Of a stretch of DNA of 43,635 nucleotides, positions 19,889 to 29,382 are shown piece by piece. The translations under genes were made by a program, and so were the position numbers. Under the pieces are notes generated by a model that made no database searches, was not told where the DNA came from, and saw only the letters and a list, made by a program, of their open reading frames with translations. Origin of the DNA: a virus. Lineage: Duplodnaviria; Caudoviricetes. Numbering within the stretch: the stretch's first letter is position 1; each line of letters begins with the position of its first letter. The stretch is taken from IMG/VR virus record IMGVR_UViG_3300047552_000156, positions 1 to 43,635 of that record; one strand, written 5' to 3'.

Positions 19889-20845
19889 TCACCAGCATGT
19901 AATCTGACAGAATGCAGGGCCACCAAGACCTACCGTTCCAGCGGCTGATCCTGTAAATCCACCGCCTGACCCACCTCCACCGCACCCAATGCCTCCATTA
20001 CCACCTGATGCTTGAACCAAACCTGCGCCAGTCGCGTTAGAGCCTACGCCACCGCCGCCTGTGCCACCGTACCAGAACATCAAACTGCCTATTGGATTAT
20101 AACCATGCCGCCCAAGAGTCGGAGGAGTTGTTCCAGTTCCACCTGTTGCTGCCGGATGCGTAGCAGTTGCGAACATTCCTCCGACAGTGAATAGGCCGCC
20201 AGCCGTGCCTGCGCCTACCGTTGTAGGAGTAGCGCCGCCACCAGAGCCACCAGTTACTAGCAGACCTGTTACCGGAATAGTCAAAGCGCCGCCAACCGTA
20301 CCTGTAGTCGTGCCAGCGCCGCCAGCCGTTCCAGCCTGACCTGCCAAAGCAGAATCAAGCCACTGCCAGCCAAGAGGCATGTTCGCTGCGGTTGCTGCTG
20401 CTGCTGCCGTGTTAGCTGTGCCGCCCGTAGTTGTAGCCGCATTGTTGCCTACTGCACCACCCGCTGCATAAACGAGTACGTCATTAGCTGTCGGAGCGCC
20501 TGCGCCTGCTGTCATCTTTGGAGAGATGGTGATGTAGCTATGCGCCGCTGATACAGTTCCGATGCCGCAAAGAGACAAGTACAGACGATCTGGGATGGCC
20601 CACAATGGAACAGTTATAGATGTCTGCGCTCCTGAACCACCACCACCACCACCACCGGCAGCAGCAGCGTTATTGACGCCAACGCCACCATTACCGCCCT
20701 TTCCGATCAGCAGGATGTTGCACATAGTCTTGCCGCGTGGCTTTACCCATGTAACCCAATCCTGACCGATTGCAGGAGAGTTTCCAATAAAAGTCTCAAC
20801 CGTTGCAGCGCCGTAAGGAGTAGGGATATGGGAGAAGTCAAGCAT
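19889..20845 (-). CDS. Glycine-rich fibre-like protein, paralog 1
   Basis: WVKPRGK...IGKGGNGG...GGGGSGG...QITCW. Confidence 0.75.
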   Translation of the reverse strand: MLDFSHIPTPYGAATVETFIGNSPAIGQDWVTWVKPRGKTMCNILLIGKGGNGGVGVNNAAAAGGGGGGGSGAQTSITVPLWAIPDRLYLSLCGIGTVSAAHSYITISPKMTAGAGAPTANDVLVYAAGGAVGNNAATTTGGTANTAAAAATAANMPLGWQWLDSALAGQAGTAGGAGTTTGTVGGALTIPVTGLLVTGGSGGGATPTTVGAGTAGGLFTVGGMFATATHPAATGGTGTTPPTLGRHGYNPIGSLMFWYGGTGGGGVGSNATGAGLVQASGGNGGIGCGGGGSGGGFTGSAAGTVGLGGPAFCQITCW

Positions 20846-21018
20846 CAGAGCATCCAGTCAAGACGTGGCGGCTCTGCATCGAGAGGATTTCCACCGTTTC
20901 CAACCGGAGGAAAATCTGCGAGCGTAGCGCCATTCTCATCGCAGTAGCGAACTACTGAACCGTTGTCTATTTCCTGATAAGCGACAACACCATCAACATC
21001 AATTTTGACGTATTGCAT
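20845..21018 (-). CDS. Small hypothetical protein
   Basis: 57 aa (MQYVKIDVDG...), TGATG-coupled on both sides. Confidence 0.65.
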   Translation of the reverse strand: MQYVKIDVDGVVAYQEIDNGSVVRYCDENGATLADFPPVGNGGNPLDAEPPRLDWML

Positions 21019-21758
21019 CAGTAGTCTCCACCAATCGGAGTTACCGCCCAACCAGCAGCAACCGTCGTTCCCAATCCGACATAAACCTCCCAACCAGCAG
21101 GAAGTGCAATGTTCATCGGGTAATCAATATCTGGAGTTGCAGCGGTTGCTGATGCGGTAGTCGCTGGCAGTGAGATTTCACCGTACAGCTTGGAGTTACC
21201 AATCGTCGGATCGTCATACGTTCCATTGGTGTACATGGTAGTCTGAGAGTAGCTATTCGTCGCTGTAGAGAAATACCGCGTCAGCGCTTCAGCAGCGTTA
21301 GTGCTTCCGACATATACGCGGTAAGACACAGCACCAGCGACCGCAGTCCATGACCATGCAATCGAACCAGTCGGTCCTGTTACTGCTTGACCTGTTGAGA
21401 TAGTGCCAATTGGAGATAGTCGGCCTTTTTCATCAACAGCAACAATCAGGGCATAATAAGTTCCTGTCAGGATAGAACCGCCAGACGATGACGGCGTACC
21501 AGTAGGCGCAGCAATCGCAGTACCAAAACTCTCTGCAAGATCGCCGTCATTCAGGTATATACGCGCAACTGTTGCAACGTTCGTGCCAACCGCCTTAAAG
21601 CGCAGACGTTGTAGGTAAGAGCCGTTCGTTGCATCAGCAGCGAACACTTCTTTGTTGTAGATTGAGTTGCCGAAGTAATCATTTGCGGCAGTCTTTAGGA
21701 GCGCCGAGCGTGTGATTGAGCCACGACGACTGTAAATCGGATCGTTATTTGCAGCCAT
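21018..21758 (-). CDS. Putative structural protein (beta-sandwich-like insert)
   Basis: 246 aa; WSWTAVAGAVSYRVY resembles an Fn3/Ig-like strand pattern; RBS present. Confidence 0.6.
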   Translation of the reverse strand: MAANNDPIYSRRGSITRSALLKTAANDYFGNSIYNKEVFAADATNGSYLQRLRFKAVGTNVATVARIYLNDGDLAESFGTAIAAPTGTPSSSGGSILTGTYYALIVAVDEKGRLSPIGTISTGQAVTGPTGSIAWSWTAVAGAVSYRVYVGSTNAAEALTRYFSTATNSYSQTTMYTNGTYDDPTIGNSKLYGEISLPATTASATAATPDIDYPMNIALPAGWEVYVGLGTTVAAGWAVTPIGGDY

Positions 21759-21767
21759 GTCTATCCC

Positions 21768-22124
21768 TTAAGGCATTGCCAAGCCGCGAGCATGGGCTAA
21801 GATGTTGCCAAGACTCGCATTGTCGATTTGTTCAGAAGATGGCGTACAGAACACCACCGCAGATGACGTAAGATTTAGGAATGCACCAGTAGAAGACGAG
21901 CGCAGCGTGTCTCTTGTCAGCGTAGTTCCTGTGCTGTTCAGAGTACCTTTTCCGACTTCCCATGCCGTGCCGTCTTCAATCGCATAACCAACGACACACG
22001 GCATAACTCCAGCAAATCCGGAAGCGAATGACTGAAACCCTGAAGCCGCCGAGCCGAGCGTGATAGGCCCAGTCGACGGCGTTCCTGATACTGATGACTT
22101 TACTCTATCAGCGAAGACTGGCAT
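21768..22124 (-). CDS. Putative fibre/spike attachment protein
   Basis: ADRVKS...GPITLGSAASGFQSF...WEVGKGT...LTR pattern recurs in phage fibre N-termini. Confidence 0.55.
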   Translation of the reverse strand: MPVFADRVKSSVSGTPSTGPITLGSAASGFQSFASGFAGVMPCVVGYAIEDGTAWEVGKGTLNSTGTTLTRDTLRSSSTGAFLNLTSSAVVFCTPSSEQIDNASLGNILAHARGLAMP

Positions 22125-22127
22125 CTA

Positions 22128-22547
22128 TTAATCCTCAGTGATCGCAGTCGCCGTTGTAAGCCGAGGAATTACACCATTGCTAATACTGATCGTCGGAGAG
22201 ATTGCGCCAGCATAGAGAATGTTCGTGCCATCACCGACGCTGAAGTGCGTTGCCGTTGCCGTTCCACCAGTACATTGCGGGAAGTCAAGGTTAGCGGCAG
22301 GGCTGACAGATGAACCAGTAACAGTCCAGTCCGTGCTGCGATTCTTCGTCAGACGCGCATAGCTGGTATAAGCAACTTCAGAAGTGGATTGCGTGCCAGT
22401 AGCTTCGTTTGCCAGCGGATCGGCAGTGTGCAGAGCGACAATAACCTGAGTCGCAGAGCCAGCAGCGGAAGCCCATGCAGCGCTCGTCGTGCCTTTAAAG
22501 ATCAAGTTGATATACAACTGCTCAAGAAAATCTGATTTTCCAGCCAT
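22128..22547 (-). CDS. Putative structural/decoration protein
   Basis: VALHTADP...EVAYTSYAR...FP...THFSV pattern typical of a phage virion protein family. Confidence 0.6.
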   Translation of the reverse strand: MAGKSDFLEQLYINLIFKGTTSAAWASAAGSATQVIVALHTADPLANEATGTQSTSEVAYTSYARLTKNRSTDWTVTGSSVSPAANLDFPQCTGGTATATHFSVGDGTNILYAGAISPTISISNGVIPRLTTATAITED

Positions 22548-22548
22548 A

Positions 22549-23025
22549 TTAAGCCTCCAGTAGTTTAGCCACGCGAGCGCGTGCTTTTTCGATCTTGTCT
22601 TCGATCTCAGCCAGTTCAGCCTTGGCTGCGACAGAACGCTGATCGAACACGGCCACAGCAGCAGCGGCTTCTTCAGTTACAGCCTTTGCGCGAGCGTTGA
22701 TTTCCTCGACCTGTGCCTGTGCTGATGCAACCACAGCAGCGGCTTCGTTGCGTGAGGATTCAGCCTGCGCCACAGCATCAGCGAGAATGCCCTCGGCTTT
22801 CTGTTTCGCATCAGCGATCAGGTCAGCAGAATACTTCTTCGACTTTGCAGCGGCTTGCTTCTCAAACTCTGCTTCTGCTTTCAGTTTATCGAGGCTGACG
22901 CGAGCCTCATTCTCGGCCTGCTCAAGCGAGCCGATACGGTCGAGCGCATCAGCGGCTTCGACCAGATTTTCGTACAGCTTTGCCAGCTTGCGGATATCTC
23001 CAGCGGCTTTAATTGCATTGCTCAT
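22549..23025 (-). CDS. Ala-rich coiled-coil protein
   Basis: Heptad-like Ala/Glu/Lys composition; GAGG RBS before MSNAIK. Confidence 0.7.
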   Translation of the reverse strand: MSNAIKAAGDIRKLAKLYENLVEAADALDRIGSLEQAENEARVSLDKLKAEAEFEKQAAAKSKKYSADLIADAKQKAEGILADAVAQAESSRNEAAAVVASAQAQVEEINARAKAVTEEAAAAVAVFDQRSVAAKAELAEIEDKIEKARARVAKLLEA

Positions 23026-23026
23026 C

Positions 23027-23380
23027 TTAGCACCTCGCAAGCAGCGTAACATTCAGTGAAGTGCTGCCATCACCGCCAGAGATGACCGGACGGATATAGC
23101 GCACAAGTTCAGTAACAGACTCAATTTTACCTGAGTTGATGTTCAGGTCGTTGCCTTGAGGATCGGTCAGGACAACATAATTCACGCCGTCGATTGAGCC
23201 TTCGACGCGCACATTGCCACCAGCGCCGAACAGACCGGCCACTTGGATGGTTCGGTCGGCAAAGTTGGCGAGTTCAACGGGCTGGCCCTCGTCGCCGTTC
23301 TGCATTGCAGACCATGAAAAGATGCCGACAACCTGATTGCAGGAGTCGGGGAAAGCCTTGGAGTAACTGACGAGCGCCAT
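23027..23380 (-). CDS. Hypothetical beta-rich virion protein
   Basis: VQV.G.F...VEGSIDGVNY...RYIRP-like pattern; located in the head operon. Confidence 0.6.
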   Translation of the reverse strand: MALVSYSKAFPDSCNQVVGIFSWSAMQNGDEGQPVELANFADRTIQVAGLFGAGGNVRVEGSIDGVNYVVLTDPQGNDLNINSGKIESVTELVRYIRPVISGGDGSTSLNVTLLARC

Positions 23381-23390
23381 TTAATGCCCC

Positions 23391-23597
23391 TTAAATAATT
23401 TCAGGCTGGTCTGGTTCAGCAGCTTCCGGTTCCGGTTCAGCGCGTGCAGCACGCTTCCGTTTCGGCGCTTCTTCACCGCCCAACACTTCAACCCATGACG
23501 GAACTTTCTCGCCATCACGGAGGCTGAATTCAGTCTCCGGATGGACGAGAGAGCCATCACGGAACCCAGTAGCAGTAGCTTTAACGCGAAGTGCCAT
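23391..23597 (-). CDS. Small hypothetical protein after the cement gene
   Basis: 68 aa with RBS; tight packing. Confidence 0.65.
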   Translation of the reverse strand: MALRVKATATGFRDGSLVHPETEFSLRDGEKVPSWVEVLGGEEAPKRKRAARAEPEPEAAEPDQPEII

Positions 23598-23610
23598 TGG
23601 GTTCCCCTAC

Positions 23611-24087
23611 TTAGTTCACTGCATCAGCGTAGTGCTTGATCGCTGCGACGTCCGTGGTGAGGAACGCATTGATCTTGCCTGCGGAGATAGCAGCAGTGCC
23701 AGTAACCTGACGGATGCCGAGGTAGCGTTCAGCTTCCGGAACAATCGGAAGTTCAACAACCCACAGCGTCTTGCCAGCCGCCAGAGAGCCGCCAGCATTG
23801 CCAGACGTGGTGCTGGTTACGAGTGCAGGCGAAGAAGCCAGAATCGTAGCAGTGCCATCGGTGGCGATGGAGGCAGAGTCATCGGATGCCAACTGGAACT
23901 GAACCGTACCAGCAGAAGCAGCGTTGATGCCGGTATCGACAGAGACAACCAGATACAACTGGTCGCCGTAGCCGAGGCCACCAGCAACAGTCGTCAGGTC
24001 GATCTGAGAACCGATCAGGTATGTGCCAGCAGCGCCCGTATTCAGGGAGACTGCATCGGCAAACTCATTGCGAGAATCGAGAATCAT
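23611..24087 (-). CDS. Capsid cement/decoration protein (BPP-1 Bbp16-like)
   Basis: MILD..NEF.DA, IDL, LYLVVSV, RYLGI, GKINAFL; directly after the capsid gene. Confidence 0.85.
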   Translation of the reverse strand: MILDSRNEFADAVSLNTGAAGTYLIGSQIDLTTVAGGLGYGDQLYLVVSVDTGINAASAGTVQFQLASDDSASIATDGTATILASSPALVTSTTSGNAGGSLAAGKTLWVVELPIVPEAERYLGIRQVTGTAAISAGKINAFLTTDVAAIKHYADAVN

Positions 24088-24101
24088 AAACTTGTCCTTT
24101 C

Positions 24102-25109
24102 TTAGCTGATGACAGATTCAGTGGAGAGAATCTGATCGCAGCGACGAACAGGGATACCGTCAAACATGGTGACATGCTTACCGGCAACCATTTCGCTGGT
24201 CAGGGTAGATGCGGCAACCTTGTTGGCGATCTGACGACGCAGGAACGACTTGACGGTACGGTTGCAGTAGAACACCGGACGGCCCATGGACAGCGACGGA
24301 ACCATTTCCAGAGACTGAGTCATCAGGTCGATCAGGTCAGTGCCAGCAGAGGCATTCTTGGTAAGTGCAGAGGTATCGACGTTTGCGATCCGGACGACAT
24401 AGCGCCAGTCACGAACAACGAGGCCACCATCCCAACGGTAGTGCGTGCGATATGCTTCCATGCGACCACCAGCGCCATCGACGGATTCAACCGTGACTTG
24501 GCCCTTGTCTTCCATGTGCAGACCGCCAGTAGAACCCTTCGGGTAAATACCGTGCACAGTGTTCGGCCCCCAAACAACCAACCAGATAGAGGTCTGGTCA
24601 TTGCCGGATGCAGAAGCGTCGCCCAACAGGATGTTTTCGCCATTGGTTGCGCCGGACTTCGTGTTGAAGCGCGGAGCAAAGCCGGTGAAGGCTTCCGGTT
24701 CAGTACCTTCGTTGCCGTAGAACAGAGTCTGAGAGAACTTCTGATTCATTGACTCGATGAAGGCGCGATCTTCAGAGGCACGGAACGCAGCGGTATTGCC
24801 GTTCAGATCAGCCAGAGCCTTGTCGATTTCAGCATATGCTTCAAGCATACCGCAGGAATCGGTGATTTGAGCCGTGGTTGATTTGGTCGGTTGAACGCCG
24901 CCGTACAGTTTGCGCCAAGTAACTGCTGGCAAACCAGTGCGGATGGAGGTGCGGTGGCCGGTCGGCAGATTGCCTTCCACGAACACCATATCTTCCAACA
25001 CTTCATTGGTCTGAGCCAACATCTCAACGATGGTGTCAATCTTGCCATCGGGGTCGAGCCGCTTGCTAACGTCAAGCAGCGTCGGGTGAGTAACGCTTAA
25101 TGCTGCCAT
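24102..25109 (-). CDS. Major capsid protein (BPP-1 Bbp17 / epsilon15 gp7-like)
   Basis: PTLLD, NEVLEDM, EGNLPTGH, RTGLP, DWRYVVRIAN, FDGIPVRRCD motifs. Confidence 0.92.
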   Translation of the reverse strand: MAALSVTHPTLLDVSKRLDPDGKIDTIVEMLAQTNEVLEDMVFVEGNLPTGHRTSIRTGLPAVTWRKLYGGVQPTKSTTAQITDSCGMLEAYAEIDKALADLNGNTAAFRASEDRAFIESMNQKFSQTLFYGNEGTEPEAFTGFAPRFNTKSGATNGENILLGDASASGNDQTSIWLVVWGPNTVHGIYPKGSTGGLHMEDKGQVTVESVDGAGGRMEAYRTHYRWDGGLVVRDWRYVVRIANVDTSALTKNASAGTDLIDLMTQSLEMVPSLSMGRPVFYCNRTVKSFLRRQIANKVAASTLTSEMVAGKHVTMFDGIPVRRCDQILSTESVIS

Positions 25110-25180
25110 AGTAACTTCCTTTCACCCCCCGATTGATGATCCATGGCAGCGGGGGGATTGCACGCTGCCACAGAGTACGA

Positions 25181-25804
25181 CTACTTCATGTTCGGATAGA
25201 GTTTCTGCTCGGCGGTCAGATCACTACGCGAGCCGCCTTTAGCAGACAGCCCGACAGCAGTATCCTCGCCAAGCCCTTGCCCGATCTTGGAGAACATTCG
25301 CAACAGGCCAGCATAACCGACCTTTGATTCAATACCTTCCAGCACGTCAGCAGATATTTCAAACTGACGTACTGCGCGGCGACCGAGTTCTACATTCGCG
25401 TCGTATCGCTCGCCCCATTCATTACGCAGAGCAGCATCATCGACTTTCGCCTGTGCTTCTGCTTTCACGGCTGCGGCCTGTGCAGCGGCTTCCTGTGCAG
25501 CGGCCATCTCGCCCTGCTTTCCTGCTGCGAATTCATTCCACTTTGCGGCCAGTGCCTGAGCCTGACCTTTGTTCAGACCTTGCTCCTTGAACCACTCGGC
25601 TGCTGTCTTAGCGAATTCGCCATCGTCGCCTGCCGGCAGCGGCAGTTCGTAAGCGTCAGCGGATTCAGGAACGAGCGACAGCGGATCGACTTCCTGTGCA
25701 GGAGCCTCCACGGTTTCGGTTTGCGTAGCCTCAGTCGGCGCGGTTTCAGCAGCGGTCGGTTCGGTTACAGCATCATCAGCCAGCAATGCAGCGGCGTCGC
25801 TCAT
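25181..25804 (-). CDS. Scaffolding protein
   Basis: Acidic helical protein immediately before the capsid gene; LRNEWG, LGED and C-terminal KLYP motifs. Confidence 0.8.
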   Translation of the reverse strand: MSDAAALLADDAVTEPTAAETAPTEATQTETVEAPAQEVDPLSLVPESADAYELPLPAGDDGEFAKTAAEWFKEQGLNKGQAQALAAKWNEFAAGKQGEMAAAQEAAAQAAAVKAEAQAKVDDAALRNEWGERYDANVELGRRAVRQFEISADVLEGIESKVGYAGLLRMFSKIGQGLGEDTAVGLSAKGGSRSDLTAEQKLYPNMK

Positions 25805-26085
25805 TCTTCAATCTCCTTGAGTGCGAGCAAATCTTGCTCAGTCAGTTTCAAATGCCACATTATACGCAGAAAAACCTCGCGCCTACCTTCAGCCTGTGCC
25901 GAAGCAAGCGGATCAACCATGCGGCTGATCGGACTGATCTGTGTCGTCGTGTCGTTAGCGCGGCAGAACTTCGCCAAGTCTCGCAAGACTCGCTGGCCTG
26001 CATCGCTGATTTCGTTGCCGTCTTTGAAGCACTGGTGATACGCATTGCGCCGGTTGAATAGTTTCAGCAGCAGTTCGCGTACCAT
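25801..26085 (-). CDS. Head assembly protein (Bbp19-like)
   Basis: GQRVLRDLAKFC...EGRREVFLRI; between portal and scaffold. Confidence 0.75.
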   Translation of the reverse strand: MVRELLLKLFNRRNAYHQCFKDGNEISDAGQRVLRDLAKFCRANDTTTQISPISRMVDPLASAQAEGRREVFLRIMWHLKLTEQDLLALKEIEE

Positions 26086-27752
26086 TACATCTCACCAAAG
26101 ATATTGCCAACCTGCTGGCTAGGATTAGACGCGGCAATCGCGCCAGCCTCGGCCATCGACTTGGCAGACTGTGAAATAACCGGAGCAGCTTCAAGCAACT
26201 GAGCAGCCTGCTGCTGGTTCGCCTGTTGTTCCTTCAGCGCCTCGACTTCTTCATCAGAGCGCATCGACTTGGCAGGGAATCCATTGATCTCGGCCAGAGC
26301 GCGAGCAACCTTCGGAGCATCGAACACCATCATCACGGACGGATCGACCTGTGCCAGCGGAGTAAGGGCTTCAAGCGTTCGCATGATTGCGACGCCTTCT
26401 TCAGCCTTCTGAGCGCGAACGATTGGCGACTCATACTCGACCTTGATCTCGCCACCGTACTGCAACAGCTTCTCAGGCATCGGCGGCAACTGATCCGCAG
26501 CGGCCAGAATATCCAGTTCGCGCTGAATCAGCGGCCCAAGGAATTCAGACTGCTGACGGCCCATGGTCGGAGCGAGCAGAGCGCCCTTCTCCTGTGCGCG
26601 GAGCATAGCCTCAGTCGCGGTCATCTGCGGCGCATCGACAAGAATCTGGAACAGCGTGACGAGGAACGCATCGTTGATCGTCTTCTGCTCGGCCATCAGC
26701 AATTCTTCGCCAATATCCACGCGAGCGCCGGAGTTGAACGGCTTGACGATCTCGTTGCCTTGAGCATCGAGGCCACCGTAATTCATCGCACCGGAGCGCA
26801 TATCGAACGCACGAAGCAATCCGTCTTCGGTCAGCAGCAGCGGAGGATCGACAATCTTCTGAGCAGCGCGGAGGATGGTTTTCTTCATCTCGTTCGCTGT
26901 CTTGATTGTCGGAAGCACAGTCATGGCAGGGCCGCGACCATATGTTTCCTTCGTGCTGGTGACGTAGCGACTGATCGCATACGGCATCGTTCTATACCCG
27001 CCCTCGGCAATGATCGACGAGTCGGCAACGCAGACATACACCGAGGCAAAAGGCATTCCCCGATAGTCCTTGCGGTTCTGGTCGTATTCTTCGCGAGGCT
27101 TGACGCAGTGAATGAAGCGGAACTGCTTCATCGGTGTTTTTTCTGCGGCTGTCTTGATTACCTGCGGACACTTATCGCCCCACTTCTGATAGGCAGCACG
27201 CGCTGACATAGTGAAGTCACGATGCACCAAGTCGATGTCGCCATACTGCGAGCAGGCAAAGTAAAGCTGCTCAAGCGGAATGGCGGCGTAACGAATGCCA
27301 CGGCCAAGGTCGTCGTCAATGTACATGCCGCCAGTGCCGAACGCGCCCAAGTCCATGTAAACTTCGTTCGCCTGACTAGCGAAGTTCGCACGCGGAGAGT
27401 AGCGCACGGAAAACAGCAGCTTGGCTACATGCTCAAGGTACTTCTTGACCTCTACATCCTCGGCCAAGTCCTGATCCATTGCGGCCAGCGTGTGCCATTG
27501 CTGAGTGCGCGGCGTGAGCATCGACTCCATGGCGGCGCTGAAACGCTCAAGCGCCAGCAGCGCGGTCGAGTCGAAAATCTTTTCAGACTTCTTCTCGCCC
27601 TGAATTGGTTCAAAGTCGATTGGATTCTTGAAGCCACGGCGACGCGGCAAGACTCGCTCGGCTACTTCTTCCCAGTGAGTCTCAAACGTCTTGCGGTCAT
27701 TCTCCATCTGCCCATGCAGACGGATGATGTCAGTGGCACGCGTGTCGGCCAT
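26085..27752 (-). CDS. Portal (head-tail connector)
   Basis: 555 aa; DLGAFGTG, ETYGRGPAM, MTATEAMLRAQEK motifs. Confidence 0.93.
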   Translation of the reverse strand: MADTRATDIIRLHGQMENDRKTFETHWEEVAERVLPRRRGFKNPIDFEPIQGEKKSEKIFDSTALLALERFSAAMESMLTPRTQQWHTLAAMDQDLAEDVEVKKYLEHVAKLLFSVRYSPRANFASQANEVYMDLGAFGTGGMYIDDDLGRGIRYAAIPLEQLYFACSQYGDIDLVHRDFTMSARAAYQKWGDKCPQVIKTAAEKTPMKQFRFIHCVKPREEYDQNRKDYRGMPFASVYVCVADSSIIAEGGYRTMPYAISRYVTSTKETYGRGPAMTVLPTIKTANEMKKTILRAAQKIVDPPLLLTEDGLLRAFDMRSGAMNYGGLDAQGNEIVKPFNSGARVDIGEELLMAEQKTINDAFLVTLFQILVDAPQMTATEAMLRAQEKGALLAPTMGRQQSEFLGPLIQRELDILAAADQLPPMPEKLLQYGGEIKVEYESPIVRAQKAEEGVAIMRTLEALTPLAQVDPSVMMVFDAPKVARALAEINGFPAKSMRSDEEVEALKEQQANQQQAAQLLEAAPVISQSAKSMAEAGAIAASNPSQQVGNIFGEM

Positions 27753-27961
27753 TACTGCCCCAACAACTTAGCGCCTGCGCTGGTCTGAGCCGGAGCCAGT
27801 GACGCAGCAGCAGTCAGCACAGTGGCAGCAGCGCCCTTGCGACGACGCACCTTGTCAGCGGCTTCAGAGTTCTGAGCAGCTTCATCGACGGTCGGAACGG
27901 GAACTGGTTCGGGCGGTGGCGGCATGGCCGGAACTTTAGGCTTTGAAAACAGACTACCCAT
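27752..27961 (-). CDS. Small virion-associated protein upstream of portal
   Basis: Pro-rich N-terminus, RRRKG..ATVLT, C-terminal LLG; coupled to the portal gene. Confidence 0.7.
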   Translation of the reverse strand: MGSLFSKPKVPAMPPPPEPVPVPTVDEAAQNSEAADKVRRRKGAAATVLTAAASLAPAQTSAGAKLLGQ

Positions 27962-28101
27962 GAAACGCCCCTAGAGAAAATTTTGCGCGATTTTCGCACA
28001 GCATGATGCGAAAAACAATACAGTCGGGATTATATACGTTTTCGCCACTGCCCACAGGATAAGCCACATTAGCGCCGTCGCAGATAGCACGTCGATCAGC
28101 T

Positions 28102-29382
28102 TCATTCGGTGATTGCCCTTGATGGCCGCGAATCACGCGACTCTGGTGAGACTTTAGCAGCAAATGTCACGGCAAGCGCATCAGCAATGTCAGGCGACGG
28201 CATACCGCGCTTCTTGATCTCGTCCTTCGACTCAAGCTGAATCTTTCCGGCAGCGTTGAACTTGTACGTCGGTGCGGCCAAGTCCTGCTTCAGCCCCGCG
28301 TCATTCGGAATGCCGCCACCAGCTTTGAGCCAGTCGCGGATCGCAAACCACATCTCGGCTCGCTTGTTCAGGAACTTCGGATCGGTCGCGCCACCACCGA
28401 AATGCACCTCAGTGATCCGATGACGATGCAGCCGCAGGTAGTCGATGACGCCGGAGCCATTGCCAGCGTCGCAGAACACAGCAGCAGGGCGGTACTGCTC
28501 AATGACAGCGGCAACCTTGTCGGCCAGTTCGATGTTATCCAGACCGCGATAGACCTGCGCCGGATACATCAGCAAGCCCTGACGTATGACAATGGCAGAA
28601 CGGTCGTCACCGAAGCGAGCCGGATCAACGCCCACGACAATCGGAGCAAAGCCGTAGTCCTGCATCTTCAGTTCGCGTCGTGCTGCATCCTCGCACTGTT
28701 GCAGTGAGATTAGCTGGTCGTCGCCTGCTGCTGCAAAGTCGCACAGGTACTCGCGAGCGAACGATGTCTCACTAATCTCACGCTTGGCCGCTTCAACCTC
28801 GCTGGCCTCCAGAGCGCCAGTGTCATGCACTGTGTAGCGAGCAGCGTACCAATCGTTCAGCGTTGCAGCGCGGAAGTACAGTTCGGAGAACAGATTCAGA
28901 CCACTCGGCGTTCCGATGAACAAACTACCCCCGAGCCTATCAGACAGCGCAGGTCGCACAACGTCTTGCCACAGTTCAGGCTTGATCTGCGCCACTTCGT
29001 CGATAACGCAGAAGTCCAGACGCAGGCCGCGCATCCCATCGAAGTTATCACCGCCCCACAGTCGGATCGTCGCGCCGTTGTGAGCGAACTTGATTGACAG
29101 TTCCGACTCATTGACCTCAACCAGCTTCTGCTCGATCAGCGGAGCGCAACGCTGACGCAATCGCGCCCATGCAATCGACTTGGCCTGCTTCAGGTACGGC
29201 GCAACGTAAGCGAACAATCCGAGTTCCAGCTTGCAGCGCAACGCACGCTCGACCAGTTCCATGATCGCCAGTTCAGTCTTACCTGCACGGCGATGCAGCG
29301 CCAGCACAGTGAAGCGTGCCATGCGAGCGTGGCATTCTTTCTGCCACTGGCGCGGGTGATAGTTCAGGTTAATCCGAGTCAC
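28102..29382 (-). CDS. terL: Terminase large subunit
   Basis: Walker A HRRAGKT, Walker B VIDE, nuclease GVDPARFGDD and SPDIADAL; GTG start inferred. Confidence 0.93.
   Translation of the reverse strand: MTRINLNYHPRQWQKECHARMARFTVLALHRRAGKTELAIMELVERALRCKLELGLFAYVAPYLKQAKSIAWARLRQRCAPLIEQKLVEVNESELSIKFAHNGATIRLWGGDNFDGMRGLRLDFCVIDEVAQIKPELWQDVVRPALSDRLGGSLFIGTPSGLNLFSELYFRAATLNDWYAARYTVHDTGALEASEVEAAKREISETSFAREYLCDFAAAGDDQLISLQQCEDAARRELKMQDYGFAPIVVGVDPARFGDDRSAIVIRQGLLMYPAQVYRGLDNIELADKVAAVIEQYRPAAVFCDAGNGSGVIDYLRLHRHRITEVHFGGGATDPKFLNKRAEMWFAIRDWLKAGGGIPNDAGLKQDLAAPTYKFNAAGKIQLESKDEIKKRGMPSPDIADALAVTFAAKVSPESRDSRPSRAITE

Noticed and set aside
26226-27206. Long plus-strand ORF opposite the portal gene (and similar ones at 4976-7597 and 24174-24752)
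   Set aside because: Antisense shadows of GC-biased coding genes, with no RBS or recognisable motifs
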